From: Spironucleus salmonicida
Taxonomy: Eukaryota
Assembly: GCF_000497125.1 (NCBI RefSeq)
Contig: NC_090599.1
Coordinates: 1,178,001-1,242,000 of the forward strand
Length of the DNA stretch: 64,000 bases
Direction of reading: 5' to 3'
The position numbers and the translations under genes are program-made. Position 1 is the first letter of the stretch; each line of letters opens with the position of its first letter. Positions 48,369-61,569 of this stretch are shown piece by piece. The notes beneath the pieces were generated by a model that searched no databases, was not told the DNA's origin, and saw only the letters and a program-made list of their open reading frames with translations.

Positions 48369-49688
48369 ATGCTAACGTCATAGTCCATCTCGAGACCACG
48401 GGCGATGCGCGCAATCAAAACAGCCCGTGGAATGCGCCAACCGCTAGTAATTTCCCCAGCTGCCAGGGAAAAGCGCCCAGGAACCTCCATAGGTAGCGCC
48501 TAGAGATGTGACTTCTCCTCCATCAAATCCGTAGAAAAGCGGCTCTAATAAGAGCAAATTGTTCGCAAAAAAGAGCAGAAACTCGTGAAACTCGAAGTAG
48601 AAATTCATTACCTGGAGGCTAAAATCGCTAGCTGTAGCCTGCCGAGCTTGCAGACTACGGCAGCCTCCGATGCAGCCCACCTTTCCTGTCTGCGCTAAAA
48701 CCTTGTGACTGCCAACGCTGGTATTTACGCACACATATCACGCGAGATAGCACTGTTACACTAGCGCCTGCGTGCTAGTGCGCTAATCAACACCGTTTTA
48801 GGCCGTAACAGCGAGCTACACCCTACGATTGACCCCAGCAAATTCGAGCACCTGAACCACGAATTTCACCGTTTTGCGTTGGAGCGAAAAATCGAAATTG
48901 ATTCGAAATTCATCGAAATCGCAGAAACGTGTATTAATTCAGGCCAAAATGTAACCTTACCGTCTTGCTACACCCGAAAAATCGACCCACCCGACATTCC
49001 GCAAGCGCCAACCTACCTGTTCCGCGTGATTGAGGACATTCTGCAGCGCGCGAAATTCAGTCCAAAACTTGACAAAACCGCCGAGGAGGTGGCCGCGATG
49101 CTGGCGGATTGGGACGCCAAAAATAAGCAGCGCTTCGAGCACCAAATTCTGCCGATTTTTGGCGATTTTGAGGACGCGCCGGAGCGCGTTCAGCAGCTGA
49201 AACAGGCCGCGCGGCAGCTCGAAAACTAAATCGCAATCCGAAAGCGGCAAATTCTCGAAATCGAAGCGGAAAGAGGCGTTCTAGACGGAAATTTTGCAAA
49301 ATTCGACGTTTTCCAGGCGGCGCTTTCTCGAGTTTTGGGGATCCAAAACCGCGAAGCTGGCGTTTTTGACGCCTTCTAGCGTCTCGAATTTCGGGTCGAC
49401 GCACTGGCGCAGAGCCTCCGCGGGATCGCTGCAAAGGGGCTTCTGGGGGCTGAGAAGGTGCTCAAACTGCGCCTGCGTGAGTATACGCAGCTGGAGAGTG
49501 AGGGTAAAAATGCGAAAAAAACTGCGAAAATATCACAGTAAAAAAGGGTTGAGATGTCTGGGCGGAAGGTAATGCGTTACGAGCCCGCTAGGGGGCAGAG
49601 GATTAAGCAGACGGAAATCGCAGAAAGAGAAAAATAGCGAAAAGCGGCGTTGGCTATCGCAGATGACGAAAGCGATTTTTATGTCTGA
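48369..49688 (+). CDS. Coiled-coil protein, weakly CCDC37/CFAP100-like at the C-terminus
   Basis: 439 aa in one frame; C-terminal GRKVMRYEP..DDESDFYV. Family call is tentative. Confidence 0.55.
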
Positions 49689-49694
49689 AAAAGA

Positions 49695-50558
49695 TCACTC
49701 GGGCTTGAAGTCCTCGTCCACGTAGTTGACGGAGCTCATGCACACGTTTTGGGCGAATTTCACGCCAAAGTTCAACACCTACTCGATTGTACTTTTATTT
49801 GCCTGGTTCAAATTAGCCTTAGTGAGGCCGAACTTTAGCATGCCGTAAATCACACCAGCATTGAAGTTATCTCCAGCTCCAATAGTCGAAACTGGGGTAA
49901 TTTTAGGGCACTATACCGATGTAGATACTCCCTTACCTATATAGGTAGCAGTTTTTTCGGTTGTATTGAAAATACCGCATAGATGAGGATTTTTTTCAAG
50001 AATCTGTATAATACTAAGCCCAGGATACATGGACTCAGCATCTTCATCGGACATGCGCAATATATCAGCAGAATCGATTACTTTCTTCATTTGTTAGTGA
50101 TTGACAGAGTTTCTGATATTGGGGTCTAAATATTTAGTTGCTTTTCCAGATTTAGCCTTGATTTAGTCTATCTAGTAATCTTAATCAAATACAAAATAAT
50201 CCCCAAACTATACAATATCCTTTTCGGTCAATTCTGGAAATTTTTGTACCATATCTTAATAAGGAATATCTCCGCGAAATTCATAAACAGTCGAAGCAGC
50301 CTTGAATGCAAGAGCAACCATGGATTTATGTTAAGACTCAGACATGAATTAGGTTGAAATTTTATTCTTTTCAAAGAATTCTTTGAATATTTTGGCTACT
50401 GGATCTGCACAGAAAGCAGACACGAAATGGGAATCTGCACCAACGCGGGCTAGTGAAACACAGGAGTTCAGTACAGCACCTCCGGTTAAAGCATCCTTTG
50501 GAACGTTATTTTCAAAAATAACGTCTAAAATTGGGAGTCCAACATGATACGATGGCAT
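49695..50558 (-). CDS. PfkB-family carbohydrate kinase, bacterial-like
   Basis: GGAVLNSCVSLARVG, YLDPNIR, VSTIGAGDNFNAG; 287 aa. Confidence 0.92.
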
Positions 50559-51175
50559 TTAATGGAATGGTTGATTTTAAAAATTTATAACTGATTCCTT
50601 CGGATTTATAACATAATAAAATTATATTTGACAAAATTAATTTAAACATAAAATTATATAATTAAATACAATTTTTAGTTTTAAGAATATGATTTTTAGT
50701 AGCGTAATGGCATATTAATATATTGATTAACTATATCTAATATTGTAAAGTTATCTTAAAATTCATTAATGAATGTATATTAATTTGAGTATAGATAAAA
50801 ATATAAATCACATGTATTATTTTATAAAGATGAATATATGATTCAGTATATATAATTATTATATAGCAAAATAGATGATGAATGGGTTTATAATAGATGT
50901 ATTAAGAATAAATATCTTTTAAGATATCCAATTCATATATTAGTTGAAAAATTATTGAAAAGATACTCATCACACAATAGTTAAAACATATATCATCTTT
51001 TATAAGGTTAACTAAGGTGTATAATAGAATTTTTTACAGAATATATTTATGTAACTAATTGCATTATTTTAAGTATAAAGTGTACAATGTGTACAAAATT
51101 AGTATACAAAAGTAATTTAATTCATTTTAATATTATATTAAATATATAATATAAATTGAAATCTGATCTTCTAAA

Positions 51176-52123
51176 ATGACATGCAATCCAGCTGCTGATG
51201 CTGTTATACCTGAAGGTGGTTGCGCTCCTGATAAATGCTCAGGATGCCCATCTAAAGGTAAATGCGGTACCACATCCGAACCCACAGAGGCAACTTTGGC
51301 AATAGCTAGACGCCTCAATAACTTCAAGAGAATATTTTTGGTGTTGTCTGGCAAGGGCGGAGTTGGAAAATCTACAGTTGCCTGCTAGCTAGCGTATTAT
51401 CTTGCAGATAGGTGTAATGTTAAGGTATCACTCATGGACGTTGATGTTTGTGGCCCATCAGTTCCAACTATGACTTCTACTGCTGGAGAAGAAATTCACG
51501 AATCAGCGGATGGTTGGGCGCCTATTTCAGTATCGGATAATCTTTAGTGTATTTCGATAGGATTTATGCTTAGAAACTAAGACGACGCTGTTATAATGCG
51601 TGGCCCTAAGAAACATGGGGTTATTCAGTAATTTTTAACTGAAGTTGATTGGGATGTCTCACCTGATCAGGAGAATTGGTTGATTATCGATACTCCACCA
51701 GGAACTTCAGATGAGCATCTTTCTACCATTAACCTTCTTACAACCGCATGTAAATTTACGGATAATAAGCCTGATGTTCAGGCTATTATTGTCACTACCC
51801 CATAGGAGGTGGCTCTTGCGGATGTTCGTAAGGAGGTTAACTTTGCAAAATAAATTGGTCTAACAATTCGTGGTGTAATTGAAAATATGTCTGGATTTGT
51901 TTGTCCTTGTTGCAACAAGGAAACATAAATTTTCCTTCCATCTACTGGTGGAGCATAAGCTCTTTGCACCTAGTATGGTATAGAACTTCTAGGAAGGATA
52001 CCTCTTGATGCTCAGCTCACCCAAGCTGCCGAGAAGGGTATCGCTTGGAGTTGTCTTGATGAAAACGATTCTAGTGTTGGTTTAGATATGTTTACCTAAA
52101 TTATAGCTAAAATAATGCAGTGA
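51176..52123 (+). CDS. NBP35: Cytosolic Fe-S cluster assembly scaffold Nbp35
   Basis: N-terminal [50 protein letters not shown]; 315 aa. Confidence 0.95.
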
Positions 52124-52131
52124 AATTGCTT

Positions 52132-52692
52132 TCATTAGATTTTTTTTAATTATGTGCTTAATTTTTTCAGCTACTTATATTACAGATACCCTTCAGTGAC
52201 TAAGATACTAGGTTTTTGTTAAATCTTTATGGGTTAGCTCTGTCTGAGTTCTATTTATTGTCGAAATATTTTCAATTGAACTTTCTTCCCGTTAATAAAT
52301 AACATGAGTACTCGTTTCAGATCAATATTTTTAGACTAAAGTCCACTTGGAAAGTTAAAAGCACATAGAAAAGAGTCTATTTAGTAATTAGGCTCTCTAG
52401 GTAGAAATGAGGAAGCATTTATCTAACAAATCATCATTTTCTATTCGTGACTTAGATAGATACACGAACACCTTGCTGGAAATACTTATGGCTATTGCTA
52501 CTGTTAATATAATTCTAAAGTCTTTTCAGAACACTAGCGACTAGGAACAGTTCTTCGAGTATGCTTCAATTGTGGAGATTACGGACGCATTACTCGTAAC
52601 TACGATTCACGCATAGTGCAGGTCGCACTAAATTATCGATTAGGAGAAGAGAATCGAAAGCTTTGCTTACCATTAGATGTGAACGACCGCAT
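52132..52692 (-). CDS. Hypothetical protein (186 aa)
   Basis: Open frame with TAR=Gln filling the gap after NBP35. Confidence 0.5.
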
Positions 52693-52711
52693 TTTATATA
52701 TAATATAATTT

Positions 52712-53194
52712 ATGGTTAGTTACAATAATTTTCGAAAATAATATGAAATAGCAGTGGGTTTTAATACTAACCTGATAGTACGAATCGGTTAACATAAATT
52801 ATTACACCTTGATGTAAAATAGTAAGTCGATATATTACCACCAAATATTTAGCTTAAGATCTAAGACGATTTTTATTATTCACAAATAGATTAACAATGG
52901 GATATGGCTTATATTGGTTAATGTTATAATTATTAACATAGCATCACTAATAACATCTAATTAAAGTTATTTTATTCGATAGTTTCGGCTAACTAGCAAC
53001 TTTATTGCATTGAAGAAGTTTTTGTAAAATTACATACAGATTCAAATACTTTGACCAAGTTGATCTAGCCACTTTCCTCCAACAAATTGAAATCCCAGAA
53101 CTTCAAATTTTATGATAAGCATAATAAAGTGCACTATAAGTTGAGTATTTTATATATTAACATCTACAGACACAAAAACATCTGGAGCCTATGA
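52712..53194 (+). CDS. Hypothetical protein (160 aa)
   Basis: Open frame with TAR=Gln; its 3' end overlaps the next ORF. Confidence 0.4.
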
Positions 53195-53911
53195 ATTTAA
53201 AGCCTTCATTATTTCTAATATCAGAATACCCAGCTTCATTGAATTTTCAATCTATATTTCTATGACAAACATATATCGCAAATAATTAAGATAACTTTAC
53301 AACGCTTCTTTATTAAATTCAACGTAACATGGGGCGTCACAATATTTTATGAGGTACACGCAAATTGTTTCAGAGCCAAATAACTAGTGTACAATACTAC
53401 ACAATTGATGAGATGTTCCACATCGTATATTATCCATATGGCTACATACAGATTTCCACTCTTTTTAAGTTTGAATAACTACAATCCCTGTGCTACCAAG
53501 AAATACCGCATTGTTCTTATAAAACCTATCTAGATCAATCTCATTTCGATAATCAAATACTACTTCGTCTTATCCTAATGCGGTAGGAGAAAGTATACGG
53601 TTACACGGATACATCTTATTAATAACCTATTCTGGTCTCTATATATCGCCTTAAAATTGAAACGATGAGTTTGCTTCATCTTTTGGGGTAGGTGGAAGTT
53701 TTTATCTTTCACCCTCTAATATTTCTAGTTTGAGTTTACGATATTGCTTCTTTTTTGCCACTTCTCCTCCCCGAATACGGTCGTCTATTATTTAGCGGAT
53801 ACCACTCTATTGAACTGGTGGTGCGTGAATAGGAACCATATCTTCTATTGGATGGGCTAATAATGGTTGAATCAAGTTCTTTCGGGCATTCACTATATCG
53901 TTTATCTTCAT
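53042..53911 (-). CDS. Hypothetical protein (289 aa)
   Basis: MKINDIVNARKNLIQPLLAHPIEDMVP... open frame with TAR=Gln. Confidence 0.45.
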
Positions 53912-54257
53912 AATAAATAAATCTGACTCAACTTTTTTTGCTTGGTGTTATGTTCTTTAAAATTGCTAATCATTTTCTATTAATAATTTACGACGCAGAC
54001 GATCATTATATGTCTGAAACCTCCCAGATTTCTAGAGCCGGAATGATGCTGATTTGGGAGGTTATACCAAATAATCTTACTCTTATACTTTTATTATCGG
54101 CTAAAATTAATGAAAATTCTATTATTTTATTTATTTCATTTTATGGATAACTAATTAAATATTATTATATTATAAATTAATTGCTATTTATTCATTGCAG
54201 TATTTAATTATTAAATAATATACTAGTTGTTATTACTCCATTTCTAAATTCCTAAAG

Positions 54258-54818
54258 ATGTTCGATTTCACGTTTTAACCCATTAAATCAAAAGCTAATA
54301 AATACAACTATAGGGCATATAAATAATATATCAGTAACCTTGATTTATCATAGTCGGATGCATTTTTAGAATAAAATCCAAGTTGGACTACACAGGTTAT
54401 GACAAAATTAGCATTTATTAAGATTTTTCAATTTATTGATAAGCTTTAATTCTTAGATAATGTTTAAATAATTTAAATATCTGAAAATTAAAACCAAATT
54501 TCTCATATAATTAATTTTGATAAACCATCGAGTTAAGATTATGAGGCATTATAACAAATATTTAGTACGCTTTAGCTTAGCTGTTAGGATCAACTATATA
54601 ATTTTATAAAATCATAACTTTCTAATAATAATTTGACATATTATCGTAGTTTTCAATCGTTATATTATGATTTTCTTCATAAAACAGAAATATCATCTGC
54701 GGTTAAATTATTAAGTCAAAAGCTTAATTTATGTTAAACATCTGATTTATTTAAAAAGAATCTGTTGAAGAAAGGTAATTTTGAGTTTTAGTTACTTATG
54801 ATGATATTGGCGGAGTGA
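54258..54818 (+). CDS. Hypothetical protein (186 aa)
   Basis: Open frame with TAR=Gln; stop in AGTGA context. Confidence 0.55.
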
Positions 54819-54847
54819 TAATTTAATGATTAAAACAAGATATAACT

Positions 54848-56101
54848 TCACTGAACAGAGGGGGCATTATAGAATTTAAAATCAGTATGAGATCCAAGGT
54901 TATGATATCCCCAATTGAGAGGATCCCAATCAATCTTTTAACCAGGTTCTCCATCTTATGTCATAAGAACGCATGCATAAAGACTGCCTTAGTTTGTGGG
55001 GCTTGAAAATATTTCAACAATTGACATTTTGATCTTAGTAAGGTTAGGATGCTAATCAAAGAATTCTTTAACTTTCTTGAAAGTGTCATCGCCACGAGTA
55101 ACAGACTAAACACCATACTTATCAGCGCACTTATCTAAAGGCAAAAATGTGGTAACAAAATGATAAGGGGTGGCAGTGTGAGAGTTTACCATAGTCTTAA
55201 AGTTGTTAAATTCCATGAAATCAGCTGAATAAGGTGCTCTATCATAAGACCATAAGAATGAATGCCAAAGTTCATTTTTCTTCTTAGGAGTATCTTCTAA
55301 ATTTTATGTCTAGAAACGGGTAGGTTATATACTCTGTAAGTCATTAATATTATAAGGAGGAACATTCTTTGGAACATTTACCTTGGCAGTTCTAGACTCA
55401 AACTAGTTGGTTGGGGCAAATTGAACACCGGATACATCAGAAGCTAAAGGAACACCACCATGAACTACGAATACGTTACGATCGAAAGAATGGCAAATAG
55501 GAAGAGAATAGAAGAGGTCAGATACGGCAGGTTTATATTTTGAAAAATCAACATCAGGGAATTTACCTTGAACTTCAAACATGAATTTATGTCCCATTCC
55601 AGTTTATGTAGACAAACCAAACATTTCAGATTCATGATTACCGCGATTAATCAATACAAAATCAGGCCAAAGAAGGGCCATAAGAGAGAGGCAGAAAACG
55701 ATTTAATACCCTGAACCACCACGATCTACTAGATCACCATTGAAAAGATAAACATTACGTGTTCCATCAGATTGTGGACCAGGGAAACCTAATGGTTCAA
55801 TTTAGGTTTGTTCGTCACCAATGAATAAGCGGATTAAGGTCTCAAAACAACCATGCATATCACCTATGAAAATAAGTCTATCTTTAGGTTATGGATCAAT
55901 TTAGACATAGTTAGGAAATTTTTTAAAATGTGCTGCTGCTTAGGTGCAAGCCCAGCAGAAATCATCTAGATTTGGAATTTAATGATTTACCATATCGTTG
56001 AATGATTTCAATACATTATCTTAATCTATTACCCTTGCAAATTCCATGATTTCTTTGGGGCTATTATCCCATTCAGTAATAAATGAATGTGATACTCCCA
56101 T
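54848..56101 (-). CDS. PPP-family Ser/Thr phosphatase (PP5/PPEF-like catalytic domain, divergent C-terminal half)
   Basis: GDMHG, FNGDLVDRG, NRGNHE, VHGG; N-terminus MGVSHS; 417 aa. Confidence 0.88.
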
Positions 56102-56372
56102 TTATAGGAAAATGGAATGGTATTAGTGAAAGGAAATTATAAGAATTTCCTTATTATTATATACAATATGCAGTATTTGTTTTAAATTTTAATATATACA
56201 AGATCAGTATACAACTGTATACAATTTGAATAGAATATACATAAATTGATAAGTTATTAAAGTAATAATTAATTATTTTGATATAATAATATTATTATTA
56301 CTATAATTATGAATGTATATATTATACATCTATCAAACTAAAATTTTAGCTTCCACTCCGAATTTCCTCAAG

Positions 56373-59300
56373 ATGAACTTTTTAAAAGATCTTACTACTT
56401 TATCTCGAGCAGACGAGAGAGTATCCGACTTATCTAATTCTATCACAGATACTAAATAATTATCTCAATTATCTAGACATTCTCCAAGAATTCAACAGCC
56501 ATAACCTGTTTCTCTTTTAAACGAGATATAGCTTCCACATTTTTTGTCTTAAACTACCTCATTGCACTTAGTGGGACCTCTTATTATTGCTGAGGATTCG
56601 TCAAGAGTCTTTATCTTAGATTCCAATTCTAACTCAATCTTCAATTTTACAAATCAGTTTGCCTCGAAATTAATCTCGGCAACTCTATCAGATAACCATC
56701 TACTAATTTTATTTGAAAATTCTATTACTCTTTTAAAGTCTACTTTATAAAATTCTGAAACCTTCTCAACGGATATTGATTATAAGCAAATATCTTTTAA
56801 AAAGCATTCATCAACATCATATAATTTTAAACTCATCATTCAATAAGAAATTAACGCTTTGGCTACTTCTTCTTGCGCTTTGAACGATAAATTTTTCATA
56901 TCTACAAATAAAGGTATTATTATATTTTAGAATGGCAAGTTGCAAATTTCTCTCCTAAGTAACTTAAATTCTCTTTTAAAAAATAATATCATAATATAAT
57001 TAGTGGCTGATTAGGAACGAAACCTAATTTTTGCTCTTACAAATTAAGGTGCTATTCAAGTGTTCACTCCTAATTTGAAGAGTTTGAAATCATCAATAAA
57101 GTAATCTGAAATAGTATCTATTTGTGTTGTTTCTTTATTGGAAAGTTCTTTAATTTGTCTTTGTGGAATAGATAAAAATGGAAGTATTTCATATTTCTAG
57201 AATAATGAATAAAACTGTAGCTTTGTTGAGATTTTAAGTATTAACGAAATTGCTTAATTTGAATGTTTAAAAAGTTTTAGTCAAAGAAGCGAAAAATTAA
57301 ATTTAAAACGGTATTTAAAGCTAGCGCATTGCCCTGGTGTAAGTTTAATGGTAAGCGAAAGTGAAGTAAATGTTGACATTGTAGATTCCAGTAAAAAGGT
57401 CGGAATTTGTCAAAATTACGGAATTTCTGTTGCTTCAGATGAAGAGATTAAGGGAGTCAGTTTTATACATTTTTGGAAAACTGGTGCATTTCTATTCAAT
57501 TAATACAATTAAGAGGAAATTTAATTTTATGTATTAACAAATAAAAAATTAAGAATTTTCGGCGTAAAAAGCGTTTTTAGGCTTTTATAGGAAATTTTAG
57601 AACAGCGTGAAGGGTATGATCATTACTTAGAAGTTTATTAATTATTTAAATAAATTTATGGGGAAACTGAAACTTTAGCCATGCTTATTTATTTGCGTTG
57701 TGTGGAATTAAAAGACTATGAAATTTATAAGCTTTAATAATTGGCATAAGTTAAATATGAATAAAGATAGTAAGAATTAACTGTTAAAAGCAGGTAGGCA
57801 TAGGTATTATTGGAAAAACTTAACTCATAGGAATTTACTAGTGCTGCTAAGTTATTAGTAATGAGAATATCTTGGTTTTTACTGAATTTTTAGTTTATCT
57901 ACGTGCCTGAACAGAACCAAAAGTATAAGCCATTTTTAAACGATTATTTTATTCCATTTTCCGATAAGGCTTTAATTACTAAATAAGCACCTCCATATAT
58001 TCCATTCAACCATTGCTAGATTTTTGAGATTGCTATGCAATTATAAAATATTCACTTGTTTATTATGTAAGCTTAAGATTTTTCATAAAAGCAGGAATCA
58101 TTAACAGAAATTTCTTAGTCATTAGAATATTTCAAAGAATTTTTATTTTTCCTTGCTCTTTCTTTATCTCCTCAGAATATACCTAGAATTTTACCAGAAT
58201 TTCTAGAAATTTCGAATTTTTAGGGAAATTATACTGATCTTCCTATAATTTTAACTCAAAACGCAGCAAAATTCTTATAATGTGACAAACATAATGTAAA
58301 ATTTTATTTAGAAGGGTAAAATAGACACTCCGTTGAAGCTTTAGTTAGAAGGTTAAATCTAGTTACAACTGATAATTAAACAGTTAAATAAACAACTTTA
58401 GTATAAAAATAGTCATTTTAATCTGATTTCAATTCTTTATGTAAAGTTCTTTCATAAGTATTTTAAAAGAGATTATCAGCATTATAACTTTTAGAATAAG
58501 CTTCATCTGCAAATTCTGTAGTTAAACGTTAAAATGTATAAGAAGCATGCCAGATATTAACAGGTAAATATAATTTACTTTAACCCTTAAAACCTTTACA
58601 ATTACTATTTTATAAATGCGAAGCATTGAATAAATTTGTTAATTTAATATTAAATGCTAAATCTGACTAAATTAAGTTATTTTCTACGTTAGTATAGTAA
58701 AATGTTGTTTATTAGTAATAAATTCAATAAACTATTGATAGCAATATTAATGCTGGAGTAAGTTTATTTAATAATATGGCTGGAAAATAGTAGGATATTA
58801 AAGTTTGGCAATTAGATCTTGAAAATTAAGAAAATGTTATAGCTCCTTATGTAGTTAAAAGTAGTTTTGAAGGTTTACTTAGTTAAATTAAAGTTAATAG
58901 CAACGGATAAAAACCAGTTAATCAAATAAGCTTCAATTTATAAGCGAATACAGTCAATTCATCAATGAATGAAGAATAATGCAAAGAACTATTTGAGGCA
59001 CTTTAAACAGTTCTGACTCTTGTTTAAAACAATTATTTATTTACAAATTTAGATAAAAAAGTTAGGTTAATTCAAATTAATGTATTGTAAGAGAACTAAC
59101 TATTCAGTAAAGGTATCAATATTATCTAATCAGCAGTTCAATCTTGTAAAGACCAATTCTGGCACTACGAGTTATATAGATTCATATATTATCATTATTA
59201 TATGAATTATTCAATATCGGAGATACTTACTAAAAGGAATGAAAAGGGAAATTAAATAGAGATTTATAAAACAGTATTTAAGCGAGCTAAAGATGCACTA

Positions 59301-60287
59301 ACATTAATTGTTTCTCCTTATATCAAAGAATTTTTGAAAAATACAGATACTGAACTATATTTAAAATATTTAGAGAAAAATCGTATAATTCCTGAATATT
59401 GTAACTGTGTTTATAATATTGCTTCTTAATATGGTAAGGATACTATTTCTGCACTTCCAAATGCATTTATAGATGGAATTTGGTACAGAAAACATTTAGA
59501 TTTTTCATAAATGTCATAGTTAATTCATAGTACATTTTCAAAGCTATCAGGTAACTAACAAGCGGATAAACCATCAGAATCACTTTACAACACGTAAGCA
59601 AGCTAAAATCTCTTAACATAGACTTAACTTTCACAGCAAAACATGCTCTAGCTGCAAGAATTCTTTTAATCTTTAATTTAACTTGCCTAGATACAACAAG
59701 AATTTATAGATCGTTAAAAGTAGACAAAAGAAACAGAAATACTATTTAGGAAGTTACTAAATGCGGCAGAACTTGACCAAATGTTGCGTTCTAATAGACA
59801 TTTTGACCTCTCTTTAGTACTACAGTATAACGTTATTTAACGCAGTTAGGCCCACCAGTTCATATCTCCATCCTGGCGAGGACTTTTTGGGTAAAATCAG
59901 CTCTAAAATGACGTTATTTCTCTCAGTTCAGTGCTCGTCCGCACGGATTTGGATCCAGATTCTCTCACGTTGCCACTACAAATTCTAATCGAAAAGCACG
60001 CACACTAGGACTAATTCGCACATTTTACGTCAATTTTCTGCGCTAATTTGTTCAAAAAATACTAATTTATCGGTCGCGTGACATCTGGAATCGTCCAGCT
60101 GGCCACAACTTAAGGTATGACTGCAATGTAATAGGAGTTGGCAGGCTTGTTGGCTTTTTCGTTACTAGATTTGAAATAGTAAATGTAATTAAGGCCTGAC
60201 GACATAGAAGTTAATATAATGACTGTGAAGAGAGAGTTGAGCAGAGTACCGAGGGTATTCGAGAGCTGGAAGAAGAATTTGAGGTGA
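56373..60287 (+). CDS. NUP155: Nucleoporin Nup155/Nup170-like
   Basis: IIQLVADQERNLIFALTNQGAIQVF, IVSICVVSLLESS, IYGETETLAML, DQFWHYELY, SPYIKEFL; about 1304 aa (frame checked at the ends and at motifs). Confidence 0.75.
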
Positions 60288-60785
60288 TGGGTTTCAATAG
60301 ATTGTTTTCGAGTAACTTATGAGTTTGTTTAGAACATTTAAAGTATAATATTGTTTTATATAAGATAGAGAGATTATAGGTGATCTAGTTACTCTTTTTC
60401 CTGTTGTGACTTTATGCGTTATTTTAGCGGATGGAGGAAGATTCTAGTATAAAATAAAATATAAACAATGCAGGGTTAACATAATATAATTTTTGTAATT
60501 TGTGAATTTAATTTATGGAAATTGTAAAAAATAATAGATATTTTTTAATTGTATCCATTTTCAATATCAGGTAATGTTTGTTGTCTATAAATAAATAGAA
60601 ATAGAAAAACTATATATGAAACATTTTGAATAATTATATATATTTTATTCACCTGTATGGTTAATACATTATTCCAAAAATTTGATGAAAAATTACTGTA
60701 AAAATAATCAATACGGGTCCTCAGTTAAATATTAAACCTCTTATACGACTCTGTAAAATTATAAACATTAAATATATGTTAATTA

Positions 60786-61493
60786 TCACTCAATTTTCAT
60801 AACTGTAACCTCACCAGTAAGTACCATACCTCTCATCCAATCAGGCCTCTTTTTATATTGTGGATATTGCCAAAATTCGTCCCGTATCTTTGTTGCTTCA
60901 GAGATTCCTCTTAGCATAAACTCGCTAAGCTCAATTTTTGCTTCTGAAATTTTGAAAGGAGAAATATATGTTTATACTTTAATTGTAAAATCGTAAAACT
61001 ATTATTAACTCTTTGCTTCTTAAGAATCACAAAACTTAGCCGTATCTGTGACATCTAGATATTCAGGGAATGCTTGTGATATTTCTCGCATTATTTCTGA
61101 ATCTTCAAAAATAATTCTATACTTTTTAAGTTATGCCAATAAGTGCATTAACTATTATGGTTATTTAAACTTAAGGACTTAGTACTTTTCCGAAGTGAAA
61201 TTTAAAGGTGCAAAAGTATCTTCGATAACAATCTTATCATAAATAAAATTAAAATTATCTGCTTTGATATTGTCAATATTTTAGTTATTTTCAAGTTCAA
61301 TAGCTGAAATATTCATCAAAAAATCTATATTATATAATTAGCGGTAAAAATGAGTAAGTAATACAGGAAATACAAAAGTTGTCATAGGATTTAATTCTTG
61401 AAGCTACGCTACAATTATAATAGAATTAAATGTATTAATGTAAACGATATCAGGCAAATTAGACACTAATTCAGAAGGATTAAAAAGCACCAT
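60786..61493 (-). CDS. Hypothetical protein (235 aa)
   Basis: Open frame with TAR=Gln; stop in AGTGA context. Confidence 0.55.
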
Positions 61494-61569
61494 TACTTAA
61501 AATGAAATGTAGTTTGACCATGATATTATATTTAAATTTCGTTTTAAATTATTTTTCACTCCCTATTCA

